A stretch of DNA of 62,534 nt, filler included, from a candidate division TA06 bacterium SM23_40 (GTDB lineage Bacteria; LJUI01; SM1-40): the NCBI GenBank assembly GCA_001303705.1. It is 6 parts of 6 records of this genome, joined end to end, with 100 filler letters (N's around TTAATTAATTAA, not from the genome) between each part and the next. Parts side by side here need not be neighbours in the genome. Positions count along the whole stretch, not along the records: positions 1 to 17,595 come from LJUI01000041.1; 5 more parts are not named here. The stretch is one strand, 5' to 3'. Below the pieces are notes generated by a model that worked only from the letters and a program-made list of their open reading frames with translations, was not told where the DNA came from and did no database searches. Within the stretch, counting starts at the first letter, position 1; the number at the start of each line of letters is the position of its first letter. Both the position numbers and the translations under genes were made by a program. Of the stretch, positions 1 through 10,083 are shown piece by piece.

Positions 1-3000
1 AGCGCTGGAAGATCAGCGGCATCAGGTATTCGAACATGCTCCCCGCCCAGCTGAGCAGCGCCCGGTGCCGGCCGATCGAGCCGTAGGGCCGGCTCATGGA
101 GAACCAATGCTCGATCGGGACATCCCCCCGGGCGATGGCAATGAAGCTTCCAAGCCGCGCCTCGCTCGCTAGGAGATCGTAGTAGGAGCTGTCCAGGCGG
201 CCTTCGGAGACGTTGTAACCGATCGAAAACAGCCGCTGTTCGGTGTCGTACAGGAAGCGCACGTTGATCGATTCGGACAGCTCGCCTCCATCCCGGATGA
301 GCTGCGTACTCAGCGCCAGCATTTCGCTGGCCAGCCATTTCGACTTTTCGAAGGCCTGTATGAGGCGGTCGATCCATTCGAAGAGGGGGGCTGCGTCTGC
401 GGGAGCCTCCTCCCGGATCGAACGGAGTAACTGAATAATGGCGACGGTTCCGTTGGCGAGATCGAGAAGCGAAGGTGCGCGATGCAGATCTCCGCTGTAC
501 GCGAGCAGCACATCCCGGCCCAGTGGGGCGATCTCCTCTTCCGTTTTTTCATCGAGGATTTCGATCCAGGCGAGGTAGCGGTCCGCGATCCCGAGCCAGG
601 CCGATGCCTGACTCTGCACCTGCCTCGCCCAATAGACCGCACCCGCGTAGGAGTCGGCGGACCCGCGCGCGGCGGCGGGCTCGCGCAAGTCGGTGGACCC
701 GTGCACGCCGGCTGACTCATACGCTTCACCGCCCAGAGCCCGTGCGCCGCTTTCCAACCGCCGCAGCAGGCGCACGGCGTCGGCGATCCGCTCCGGTGGA
801 CTTTTCAACGCGCGCAGCAGCTCGTCGAGGCCGTGGGCATCGAAACCGGGAACGCCCTCCGCTTCGACGGCCTGTTTCAGGATTTCCCCGGTGTCCCGCA
901 TCCCTTCAAAGGCATTCGCATCCAGAACAGGCGTCTGAATCAGCTCGTCGAGTCCCTGCTCCAGAGCCCACAGGCAACCGAGGAGGTTTCCGCTGTCCAC
1001 CATTGACACGTAGCGGGGCTCCATGGGGGCCAGGGTTCGAATATCGTACCAGTTCAGCAGATGGCCCTCATAACGTTCCAGCTTGCCGATCGTCTCCGTC
1101 GTGCGCGTCAACGCTTCGACGACCTGGTCCACCGTCAGGTATCCGAAATCATGCGCGCCGAGCGCGCTGAGCATCCAGAAACCGATATTGGTTGGGCTGG
1201 TACGCATTGACAGTTGATTCGTATGGGAGACCTGGTAATTATCGGGTGGCAGCCACGAAGTCTCTTCCCCGATGAACTCCGAGAAGTAGCTCCAGGTTCG
1301 TCGGGCGATGCTCCTCAGGAACCGATGATCCTCTTCAAGAAGATGAGGTTGCCGGGATTTCGCGGGCGGTTGGCTGACCAGGAGCCAGCCGACCAGGGGA
1401 GATACGAACCACAACGCGAGCCACGGGCCGGCAACAGGAAGGCTCGACGGTGCCCAGCGCTGCACCGCCCATACCGCTATACCGCTGAAGATGCTCGATA
1501 GACACAGTGTCATGACGAATGTCCGCACCTTCCCGGGAGCGTTCCAGTGCATTACCTGGGCTGAGGTCCACTCGAGCAACCGGCGATGTGAGATGAGGCG
1601 GCGATACCAGATCCGCACAATGGCATCCAGGGCCAGCCAGGCCTGGTGCGGGAGCAGCGCGGCCTCGACAACCGCCCGCAGCAGGTCGTGCGTCACCTTC
1701 GAGAACGAAAAGCCCTTCATCCACCGGCCGGTGGTCGCCCAGGTGAAGGGTTGCGCCAGGGGGTGGAAGAGGAGCTGCACGGCGACCACGCAGGTGGAAA
1801 TCAATCCCATCCGGGGGGAGATCAGCCAGGAGGGCACGAGCAGGCCCATGCTGGCCAGGGGCACGAGGCTCCGGCGCAGGTTATCGAAGATCTTCCAGCG
1901 GTCGAACCGGGAAAGCGGATTGTGCCCCCGCCGCCCCGCGGATTGGGGGGCGCGCGGCAGGATCCACTCCGCGATCTGCCAATCGCCACGGATCCATCGG
2001 TGCTGCCGGCCGGTGTAGCTCAGGTAATCCTGCGGGAATTCATCATAGAGCTCGATATCGCTGGCCAGGCCCACCCGGACGTGAGCGCCTTCGATCAAAT
2101 CGTGGCTCAGCAGACATTCTTCGGGGAACCTTCCGGAAAGCACCCGGCTGAAGGCGCGCACATCGTAGATGCCTTTGCCATGGTAGGAACCTTCGCCGGC
2201 GAGATCCTGATTGACGTCGGAGACGGCTTTTGTATACGGGTCGATTCCGACCGGGTCCGAGAAGAGCCGGCTGAAGAGCGAGGCGTTCGTGCTCGGCAGC
2301 GAGGGGCTGACGCGCGGCTGGATGATGGCGTAGGAGCCGGCCTCGATCGTGCCCTCGGTATTGAAGCGCGGCTGGTTGAGAGGGTGCGCCAGTGTTTCGA
2401 TCATCCTGCGGGCGGTGCCGTGAGGCAGCTGTGTGTCGCTGTCCAATGTGATGATGAACCGTACGTTGGACAGATGATCCGGATCGCCGACGTACACCAG
2501 ACGATCGGCATCCGCGGGCCGCGTTCCATCGATCAGGCGGTTGAGCTCTTCCAGCTTCCCGCGCTTTCGCTCCCAACCGATGAATTTTTGTTCGGATTCA
2601 CTCCATCTCCGCTCCCGGTGGAAGAGGAAGAAGCGTTCCTCGCCGTACCGCTGATTGAGGGCTTCGATCCCTTCGGTCACCATCCTGAGCAGAGATTCGT
2701 CCTCCCCCGAGTGTTCCTGATTCGAATCGGTATAATCCGAGTAGAGGCCGAAGAGCAGATTGGACTCCTTGTTGGCCAGGTACCGGATCTCGAGATTGTC
2801 CACCGCGGTCTGGATCGTTTCCGCATTCACCAGCATTATCGGCACGACGACGAGCGTGCGGAATTCATCGGGGATCCCCGAATCCTCGAAATCCATCTTT
2901 GGAAGGGTACGCGGCGGAAGCAGCCGCGTGATCATGTAATTCAATATCTCGAGCGAGAGCTGGCTGGCGGGAATCGACAGGAGTAGAATTATCAGGAGCC

Positions 3001-4774
3001 GTCCCCCGGGTGTCTGCCCGCGCATGCCGAGGAGGACGATCAAAGTGATGAATGCGGCGAGGAGGAAACCGAGCGCGGAGAAGTACACGACGGAATGACG
3101 GCGGTAGATCCAGTGCAGGGCGCGGAAACGCCACTTCTCGCCGCATCCGACGAGCAGCGCCAGCTTCTGCCTCCCTTCGCCGACGAGATACGTCCCGACA
3201 TGGGTCCGCCGTTCATCCGCCGCCGTCTCACGGGCGGCGTGCGCCGCAAGAGCGATGGCTTCCCGGGCGACCCGGTCTTCCGCCTGACCGGACCCGCGGG
3301 CGAGCTCCTCGATCCTCCGGCGATACCGGTCGCGTGTGTCGAAATCCATACGGGGATAGATGCCCGATGGATCCGTGCGAAGCAGCCGCTCCACCCGGCT
3401 GAGCTTTTCGAATATTTTTCTCCAATCCAGAAGGGCCAGTTGCCGCAGGCTGGTGAACGCATTTCCGATCGATATCTGATCTCTCATCTGACGGTTGTAC
3501 TCGCGGGGGGTGAGATCGCCGAGGGATATCCGCAGCGTGCGCTCGAGCCATCCCTGAACCGGCACCAGAGCGGCTTCCTGGTCGTAGAGGTTCTCGATCA
3601 GTTGCGCGGCGAAATAGGGGCTCGGGCTCGGGTGCATTTCGGCGAGCTCGGCGAGGATCGAGAAGAGCTGACTGGGATCCCGCCGGTTGGCGGTGATCAG
3701 CCTGTTCGCCCAGAAATCGGCGAATTCGCGCTCCCGCAGCGCCGTCAGCGACTGTTCAGCGAAATTCGAGATGCTCTCGATCAACGCCGCGCGCAGCATC
3801 TGGGGAACGGCCCAGAGCTCGCCGATCGACAGCGCGCCGACCGATTGATATGACTCGATGAAGGCGAGGATGTTCTCCCTGTCGAGGCGCAGGTCCTTAT
3901 GGGAGACGAGACTCCTCGCCAAGCCGTAGATGCGCGGCAGGCCGCGGTAGGGCTCGTTGGCGAGTACCGGCAGTTCCTGGTAATAGCGCCGAGGGAGGTT
4001 CATCTGAATCTCTCGAACGTTGCTCTCGACGATGTACTCGTTGTCCAGGAGCCATTCGGTGGTCGGGGTCGTACTCTGTCCCAGTCGGCTCGCTTCGGCG
4101 AGATCGATGCATGCCCGATGTATCCATCGCATGGTCCGGTCGAGCCGTTTGAGCAGTCCGATGTCCTGGCGGGCATATGGGTCCCCCCGCTGGTCCCCGG
4201 CGAGACGCTCCGCGTATTCCGGGATCTGCGCAGCCGGGAGCGGGCTTCCGAGGTTCTCCGTCTCTCCTACTAGACCCTCCCGCTTCGGATGCAGGATGAA
4301 TATGGCGGGAGGGATCTCGCCGCTCTCTCTCAGTATTGCCACCGGGGAATGCAGCGTTTTGATAGGCGTCCGGAGGATCAGAACGGTCTCTCCGGAAACC
4401 AGCCAGCGTGCGTGATCCTCGAGCAGTCTTCGTTCCAGGCCGAACCTCGATCGCCGTATCCAAGCAGCGGCGAGGAGGATCCCCACGAATCCACCCGCGA
4501 GGCCTGGAATCAGGGCGGAAAGGGCTCCGCCCGGAATCTGCGCCGGCCACTGAAGGGTTATGGAGGTGACTCCGGCGAGGGCCCCGAACAGGATGAACGC
4601 AATGGCCGTCCCGAAAATCCTGCGCCACCGGAAGGGGTCCCGTGTAACCACATTTCCATCCGCGGTCTTGCTCACCAGTGCAGCGCGGCGGAACCCTCTC
4701 CTCTGCAGCTTCTTGAAGGCTCCGCGGGCTTCTTCCCGTTTTGCGAAGTAACCTATGAGGATACCGGTGTCCAT
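1..4774 (-). CDS. ndvB: Cyclic beta-1,2-glucan synthase (Cgs/NdvB/ChvB family), 3' part runs off the window
   Basis: Manual minus-strand translation from ATG 4774 (MDTGILIGYF...) gives family motifs EWLLDNEY, GELWAVPQMLR, GWERKRGKLEELN, PTNIG and YDLLASEARL. It is absent from the ORF track, consistent with no stop before the window edge. Confidence 0.88.
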   Translation of the reverse strand, partial: MDTGILIGYFAKREEARGAFKKLQRRGFRRAALVSKTADGNVVTRDPFRWRRIFGTAIAFILFGALAGVTSITLQWPAQIPGGALSALIPGLAGGFVGILLAAAWIRRSRFGLERRLLEDHARWLVSGETVLILRTPIKTLHSPVAILRESGEIPPAIFILHPKREGLVGETENLGSPLPAAQIPEYAERLAGDQRGDPYARQDIGLLKRLDRTMRWIHRACIDLAEASRLGQSTTPTTEWLLDNEYIVESNVREIQMNLPRRYYQELPVLANEPYRGLPRIYGLARSLVSHKDLRLDRENILAFIESYQSVGALSIGELWAVPQMLRAALIESISNFAEQSLTALREREFADFWANRLITANRRDPSQLFSILAELAEMHPSPSPYFAAQLIENLYDQEAALVPVQGWLERTLRISLGDLTPREYNRQMRDQISIGNAFTSLRQLALLDWRKIFEKLSRVERLLRTDPSGIYPRMDFDTRDRYRRRIEELARGSGQAEDRVAREAIALAAHAARETAADERRTHVGTYLVGEGRQKLALLVGCGEKWRFRALHWIYRRHSVVYFSALGFLLAAFITLIVLLGMRGQTPGGRLLIILLLSIPASQLSLEILNYMITRLLPPRTLPKMDFEDSGIPDEFRTLVVVPIMLVNAETIQTAVDNLEIRYLANKESNLLFGLYSDYTDSNQEHSGEDESLLRMVTEGIEALNQRYGEERFFLFHRERRWSESEQKFIGWERKRGKLEELNRLIDGTRPADADRLVYVGDPDHLSNVRFIITLDSDTQLPHGTARRMIETLAHPLNQPRFNTEGTIEAGSYAIIQPRVSPSLPSTNASLFSRLFSDPVGIDPYTKAVSDVNQDLAGEGSYHGKGIYDVRAFSRVLSGRFPEECLLSHDLIEGAHVRVGLASDIELYDEFPQDYLSYTGRQHRWIRGDWQIAEWILPRAPQSAGRRGHNPLSRFDRWKIFDNLRRSLVPLASMGLLVPSWLISPRMGLISTCVVAVQLLFHPLAQPFTWATTGRWMKGFSFSKVTHDLLRAVVEAALLPHQAWLALDAIVRIWYRRLISHRRLLEWTSAQVMHWNAPGKVRTFVMTLCLSSIFSGIAVWAVQRWAPSSLPVAGPWLALWFVSPLVGWLLVSQPPAKSRQPHLLEEDHRFLRSIARRTWSYFSEFIGEETSWLPPDNYQVSHTNQLSMRTSPTNIGFWMLSALGAHDFGYLTVDQVVEALTRTTETIGKLERYEGHLLNWYDIRTLAPMEPRYVSMVDSGNLLGCLWALEQGLDELIQTPVLDANAFEGMRDTGEILKQAVEAEGVPGFDAHGLDELLRALKSPPERIADAVRLLRRLESGARALGGEAYESAGVHGSTDLREPAAARGSADSYAGAVYWARQVQSQASAWLGIADRYLAWIEILDEKTEEEIAPLGRDVLLAYSGDLHRAPSLLDLANGTVAIIQLLRSIREEAPADAAPLFEWIDRLIQAFEKSKWLASEMLALSTQLIRDGGELSESINVRFLYDTEQRLFSIGYNVSEGRLDSSYYDLLASEARLGSFIAIARGDVPIEHWFSMSRPYGSIGRHRALLSWAGSMFEYLMPLIFQR

Positions 4775-5207
4775 TCTCTATCCTTCTGTCACCACTTGTT
4801 CTGAGCTACCAGGCATTGCGCTGGATTTCACCGGGTGGGAATCTGCAATGCAATTTCGGAGCGTCAATCAGGCTGCGTCTCTGATTGAGAGCAAATGGGT
4901 CTATGATGCTCCATTGTAGAAGCAGCACGGGATTACGTCCACATATATCAGCAGTTATCGGGAAGGGTGCGAATTATTATTACTTTACATAAATCATAAT
5001 ATATCCCTTGTGTTTCGCGTGGGTTGTGCTATATTCAGCCGTGAAACAGATAGATTTAGGAGTGAATATAGCTAGTTATCCGGATAAAGACGATAAACGA
5101 AACCTGCCTTGTTGATCATCTCTATTGGGGAACTCACTTACATTTTTTCCTAAAAAAACTGTTCGATGTAGTTAAGTGGTATCATTTGAGACCAATAGGA
5201 GGTCACA

Positions 5208-5498
5208 ATGAAGATTTATGTAGGCAATATGTCTTACGATACGAGCGAGGACGACCTGCGGAAAGCATTCGAAGCTCACGGTCAGGTAGACTCCGTAAAA
5301 GTCATTACGGACAGGGACACCGGCCGTGCGAAAGGCTTCGGATTCGTCGAGATGTCAAGTGACACCGAGGCCAAGGCGGCAATGGAAGCCCTGAACGAGA
5401 AGGATTTCCAGGGCCGCAGCCTCAAGGTCAACGAGGCACGTGCTCGTAACGAAGGCCTGCGTGGCGGAGGCGGAAGAGGCTTCGGGCGCAGTTACTAG
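5208..5498 (+). CDS. RRM (RNP-1) RNA-binding protein with Gly-rich tail
   Basis: RNP2 IYVGNM, RNP1 KGFGFVEM, GGGGRGFG tail, AGGAGG RBS. Confidence 0.95.
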   Translation: MKIYVGNMSYDTSEDDLRKAFEAHGQVDSVKVITDRDTGRAKGFGFVEMSSDTEAKAAMEALNEKDFQGRSLKVNEARARNEGLRGGGGRGFGRSY

Positions 5499-5587
5499 AA
5501 ACCAGTGATCGGGCCTAATTGAAAGGCATCAGCAACTTAGAGGCAGGTTCATAGATTCGTTTTGATGTTTTCAGTTTACGATCAGAG

Positions 5588-5617
5588 GGGAAGCCGGGTG
5601 ACCGGCTTCCCTTTTTT
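5588..5617 (+). terminator. Rho-independent terminator after the RRM gene
   Basis: GGGAAGCCGG-gtga-CCGGCTTCCC perfect stem followed by T6. Confidence 0.9.
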
Positions 5618-5706
5618 AGGTAAAAAATTATTGCGATGCAGGAGATCAATTTCTATTATCTATTAAAAAATTTATACTTACTAGAGTGAATTCTATAGAT
5701 ACTTGA

Positions 5707-7095
5707 TTGACACGTGCGATCCGATTGTATCTGATCAATCCCTCAAATCCGCTCGTCAGCATCATCAAGATCAAGGAGAGCCGCTGGAACCGTTTCCGCG
5801 TGTGGAAACCGCTCAGTCTCATGGTTCTCGCGGACCTGATCCCACCGGATTGGGAGATCTCGATCTTTGACGAGAACCTCGGCGTTCCGGACTATCCGTC
5901 CCTGCCGCGGCCGGATCTGGTGGGCATTACCGCTTTCACCTCGCAGGCGAACCGCGCGTATGAAGTGGCCGATCACTTCCGGCACTTGGGCGTTCCCGTT
6001 GTCATGGGCGGGATTCACGCAACCATATGCTTAGACGAGGTCATGGAGCGTGTGGATTCGGTTGTCACGGGGGAGGCCGAGGGCATTTGGCATCAGATTC
6101 TGGAAGATGCCCGGCATAAAGGCCTGAAGCGACGGTACGACGGCGGCCTTGCCGCCTCGACCGAAATGCCGATCTCTCGGCACGATTTGCTGGATTCGAG
6201 ATACGCATTCGGAGCCATTCAGACGACACGGGGCTGTCCCTTGAACTGCAGTTTTTGCAGTGTTTCGGCGTTCAACGGGATTCACTACCGCCAACGGTCG
6301 ATTGCCGACGTGGTGCAGGAATTTAAGATGATACGCGAGAAACGTGTTTTAGTGGTGGACGACAACCTCATCGGCACGCGGCCCGAGCACATCGCCCGCG
6401 CCAAGGATCTCTTCCGCGCCTTGGCAAAGGCGGAAGTGCGAAAGGAATGGGTTGCACAGGCCACCATTAATTTCGCCGATGACGATGAACTTCTCGCGTT
6501 GGCCGCGAAAGCTGGTTGCAGCGGCGTCTTCATCGGATTCGAGTCCCCCGTACCGGATGGGCTTCTAGAAATTGGCAAGAAATTCAACCTTCTTAACGGC
6601 CGGGACTTCCGAGCCTCCGTGTAAAGAATTCAGCGTTACAACATAATAGTAGTAGGTTCCCTTATCATTGGTTTGGACGTAGATAAACCGGGCATCGGCA
6701 AACATGTCGCCGAGGTAGCTGACCGGTACGGTGTTGACAGTCTCAACGCGCTGTTTTTGACGCCGTTGCCCGGCACACGTCTCTGGGAGAAGATGAAATC
6801 GGGGGATCGAATCGCTCTCGATGCATTCCCGGAAGATTGGAAATACTATACGCTGACATACCCGGTGGCACGATACAAGCACCTGTCACTAGACGATGTC
6901 TTGCAAGAAATGATAACCTGTAACCACACTTTCTATTCCTTGCCACGCGTTCTTCGCAGAATTTGGAGTAGTGTGAGGCATTACCGCAAGCCGTGGCTGA
7001 GCATAATAGGAAATTTTTCGAGCAGGGGCAACATCCGCTTGGCACACAGGTTGTACGAGGTATACCGGCGTCAGGTTTGGGATAAATTCTCATGA
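5707..7095 (+). pseudogene. B12-binding radical SAM protein interrupted by one in-frame TAA (6622-6624)
   Basis: CPLNCSFC (CxxxCxxC) and VVMGGIHA motifs. ORFs 5707-6624 and 6673-7095 share a frame and read through as ...RASV*RIQRYNIIVVGSLIIGLD... Confidence 0.8.
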
Positions 7096-7170
7096 TGATT
7101 CGGATCGGTTCCGTAGTATTACACCGGTGAGTATTTCTTTTAGTAAGAGGGTGGCAGTTTCATATAGCAC

Positions 7171-7442
7171 AACTGTTGTTTTATCAGTCGGTTAGCTGCC
7201 CAAAAGGTCTCTTAATCAGTAGGTTCGGGGTTCGATTCCCTGGCGGTGCATTTTTATTTATTTAATTGCAATAAGTTAGCGGCCTTGGGTTTTAAGGCGA
7301 AAATCCAAAAAATCAAAAGGTAGCGCATAGGTAGCAGCAAGATGCTGTATGTTTTGAATTTTCTACTATTGCGTTCCGGTTTATAACAAGTGTGTGCTAT
7401 TGTGTATATATATAGTATAATCAACGCACCTGGAGAGCTCTC
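7171..7442 (+). repeat. Kinase-leader element copy 1: tRNA-Lys(CTT) 3'-half core (7209-7250), IHF-like boxes, AGGTAGC direct repeats, promoter/RBS
   Basis: CTCTTAATCAGTAGGTTCGGGGTTCGATTCCCTGGCGGTGCA, then TTAATTGCAATAAGTTA, AAAGGTAGCGCATAGGTAGCAGCA, TATAGTATAAT and GGAGAGCTCTC-ATG. Present four times. Confidence 0.92.
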
Positions 7443-9686
7443 ATGATCGGAAAGACCATTTCCCATTACGAAATCCTTGAGAAGCTCGGCGAGGGCGGTA
7501 TGGGTGTGGTCTACAAGGCCCGCGATACCAGGCTCGACCGGCCGGTCGGGATAAAATTCCTCCCGCCCCATCTGAGCCAGAAGGAGGACGCAAAGAAACG
7601 GTTCGTGCAGGAGGCCAAAGCGGCCTCCGCCCTCGACCATCCCAATATCTGCACCATATATGAGATAGACGAGATTCCTGAAGGACAGATGTTCATCGTC
7701 ATGGCCCACTACGAGGGGGAAACCCTGGAGGAGAGGGTGAAAAAGGGCGGGATCGGCGTCGAGGAGGCGTGCGATATCGTCGAGGCGGTCGCCGGTGGCC
7801 TGGCCGAAGCGCACCGGAGGGGGATCGTCCACCGGGACATCAAGTCGTCCAATATCCTCATCACCGGGGGCGGCCGGGCGAAGATCATCGATTTCGGCCT
7901 GGCCAAGCTGGCCGAGCAAAGCCACCTGACGAGGGAAGGGACTACGTTGGGTACGGTCAAGTACATGTCCCCCGAGCAGGCGCGAGGGGACGAGGTCGAT
8001 CACCGCACTGACATCTGGTCGACGGGGGTGCTCCTCTACGAGGTGATTACCGGCCGAAAGCCGTTCCGGGGGGATTACGACCAGGCGGTCATCTACTCGA
8101 TCCTGAACGATGAGCCGCCGGGGATCAAGACGCTCCGCCCCGAGGCGCCCGCGGCGGTGGAGAAGGTCATCAAAAAGGCCCTGGCCAAGGATCCGGAGCA
8201 GCGGTATCAGCGGATCGAGGATCTGGCGGCGGATGTGCGGTCGGTCCGGGAGGCGGCCCGGACGAAGACGGCGTCGGGGCGGCCCGACCGGGAAAAGCGC
8301 TCCATCGCGGTACTTCCCTTCGTCGACATGAGCCCCCAGAAGGACCAGGAGTACTTCTGCGACGGCCTGGCCGAGGAGCTGATCAATGCGCTGGCCCACA
8401 TCAAGCCGCTCCGCGTGGTGGCCCGGACATCGGCATTCTCGCTCAAGGGCGGGAAGTACGATGTGCGCGAGATCGGCGAGAAGCTGAACGTCGACACGGT
8501 GCTCGAGGGGAGTATCCGGAAGGCGGGCGAGCGGCTTCGGATCACCGCCCAGCTCGTCAGCGCCGCTGATGGGTATCATATCTGGTCGGAGAAGTACGAC
8601 CGCAAGCTGGAGGATATCTTCGCCATACAGGACGAGATCTCGCTCGCGATCGTTGACAAGCTGAAGATAGAACTCCTGGGCGACGAAGCCACCCGGCTGG
8701 TGAAGCGCGGCACGGAGAACCTCGAGGCGTACGATCTCTATATCAGGGGCCGCTTTTTCTGGGAGAAGCGTGGCGAGGGGCTGAAAAGGGCGGTCGAGTA
8801 TTTCGAGAAGGCGATAGAGAAGGACCCGAACTACGCGGAAGCGTACGCCGGTATCGCGGAATCCTACAATCTGCTCTCCTTCTACGGCTACCTGCTGTCC
8901 CGGGAGGCGATTCCCATCGCCAGGGAGAACGCCCTGAAGGCCCTCGAGATCAACGATACCATTGCCGAGGCCCACAACGCTCTGGGATGGATCCACCAGT
9001 ATCACGATTGGGATGGATCGGCGGCTGAGCAGGAGTTCAAGCGGGCCCTGGAACTCAATCCCACTTATACGCCGGCTCATTACTGGTATGCTTCGATGCT
9101 CTCGTTGACGGATCGAGATGATGAGATGCTACGGGAGAACGAGCGCGCGATAGAGGTAGATCCGCTCTCGGTCGTGGCACATGCACAGTACGGCTGGGAC
9201 CTGATCGGCAGGCTTAAATTAGATCAGGCGGAAGAGAAGCTGAAACGCGCGCTCGAGCTAAACCCTGACTACGCGCTCGCCCACTGGCTGCTCGGTTGGG
9301 TCTACGACCTCATGTCGAAAGACGACCAGGCCATCACAGAGCTTCGAAAATCGGTGGAATTGTCTGGCCGCAATCCATGGATACTTTCGACGCTCGGCAA
9401 TGTATACGGCAAAGTGGGGAGGACGGCGGAAGCCCTGGAGGTGCTCACCGAACTTCAGGAACGTTCCGAGAACGAATACGTCCAATCGCTCTATTTCGCG
9501 TATGCTTACGCGGGGCTCGGAGAGCTCGAGGAGACATTGACCTGGCTGGAGAAAGCGTATGAAGCCCATGAACTATGGCTGATCGTGATCGGAAGGTTTT
9601 GGCATATGGATCCTGTCTTCGAAAAAATCCGGGATGATCCCCGTTTCCAGGCGTTTGTCCGGAAGATCCTTGCCTCAATACGTTGA
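7443..9686 (+). CDS. Hanks-type Ser/Thr kinase + TolB_N-like (SIAVLPF) domain + TPR repeats, no TM helix
   Basis: LGEGGMGVVY, HRDIK, DFG, YMSPEQ, then SIAVLPFVDMS and TPR-like helices. Confidence 0.93.
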   Translation: MIGKTISHYEILEKLGEGGMGVVYKARDTRLDRPVGIKFLPPHLSQKEDAKKRFVQEAKAASALDHPNICTIYEIDEIPEGQMFIVMAHYEGETLEERVKKGGIGVEEACDIVEAVAGGLAEAHRRGIVHRDIKSSNILITGGGRAKIIDFGLAKLAEQSHLTREGTTLGTVKYMSPEQARGDEVDHRTDIWSTGVLLYEVITGRKPFRGDYDQAVIYSILNDEPPGIKTLRPEAPAAVEKVIKKALAKDPEQRYQRIEDLAADVRSVREAARTKTASGRPDREKRSIAVLPFVDMSPQKDQEYFCDGLAEELINALAHIKPLRVVARTSAFSLKGGKYDVREIGEKLNVDTVLEGSIRKAGERLRITAQLVSAADGYHIWSEKYDRKLEDIFAIQDEISLAIVDKLKIELLGDEATRLVKRGTENLEAYDLYIRGRFFWEKRGEGLKRAVEYFEKAIEKDPNYAEAYAGIAESYNLLSFYGYLLSREAIPIARENALKALEINDTIAEAHNALGWIHQYHDWDGSAAEQEFKRALELNPTYTPAHYWYASMLSLTDRDDEMLRENERAIEVDPLSVVAHAQYGWDLIGRLKLDQAEEKLKRALELNPDYALAHWLLGWVYDLMSKDDQAITELRKSVELSGRNPWILSTLGNVYGKVGRTAEALEVLTELQERSENEYVQSLYFAYAYAGLGELEETLTWLEKAYEAHELWLIVIGRFWHMDPVFEKIRDDPRFQAFVRKILASIR

Positions 9687-9810
9687 GCGGTAAGATCAAG
9701 GGGGAGCTTCCTATGCATCGGGAATAGCTGCCTGAATCGTTTCCGTCCGATCGTCTGCATTCTCCAGTCGGATAAAAAGCCGTATATATGATATGGCAAC
9801 CACGCCACTT

Positions 9811-10083
9811 AACTGATTTTTTATCAGTCGGTTAGGTGCCCAAATGACCTCTTAATCAGTAGGTTCGGGGTTCGATTCCCTGGCGGCGTATTTTTTATTT
9901 GTTTAATTGTAATAGGGTAGCGGCTTAGAACTTCAAAGCGAAAATCCTAAAAATCGAAAGGTAGCGCATAGGTGCAGCAAAATGCAGTAGTTGCTGTATT
10001 TCTTCCTATTACGTCCTGGTTTATAACTCGTGCATGCTCTTATATATATGATATAGTATGCTTGACGTATCCGGAGATCTCTC
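9811..10083 (+). repeat. Kinase-leader element copy 2 (tRNA-Lys core 9849-9890)
   Basis: CTCTTAATCAGTAGGTTCGGGGTTCGATTCCCTGGCGGCGTA with the same flanking motifs as copy 1. Confidence 0.92.

Noticed and set aside
243-4804. Many ORF-track ORFs here (e.g. 1646-2986, 3095-3853)
   Set aside because: Shadow frames of the minus-strand glucan synthase gene.
6622-6624. Stop-codon recoding (Sec/Pyl or alternative code)
   Set aside because: The codon is TAA, which is not a Sec/Pyl codon, and it is an isolated case with no other sign of recoding in the window.
7171-7250. Intact tRNA-Lys genes before each kinase
   Set aside because: The 5' acceptor strand, D-stem and 5' anticodon-stem strand are missing and there is no CCA. 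TCAGTCGGTTAG resembles a D-loop but is mis-spaced. Only the 3' half is present.
7254-9080. 608-aa minus-strand ORF and similar long antisense ORFs (26548-27900, 39155-40546, 46656-47888)
   Set aside because: Antisense shadows of well-supported genes in GC-rich DNA.
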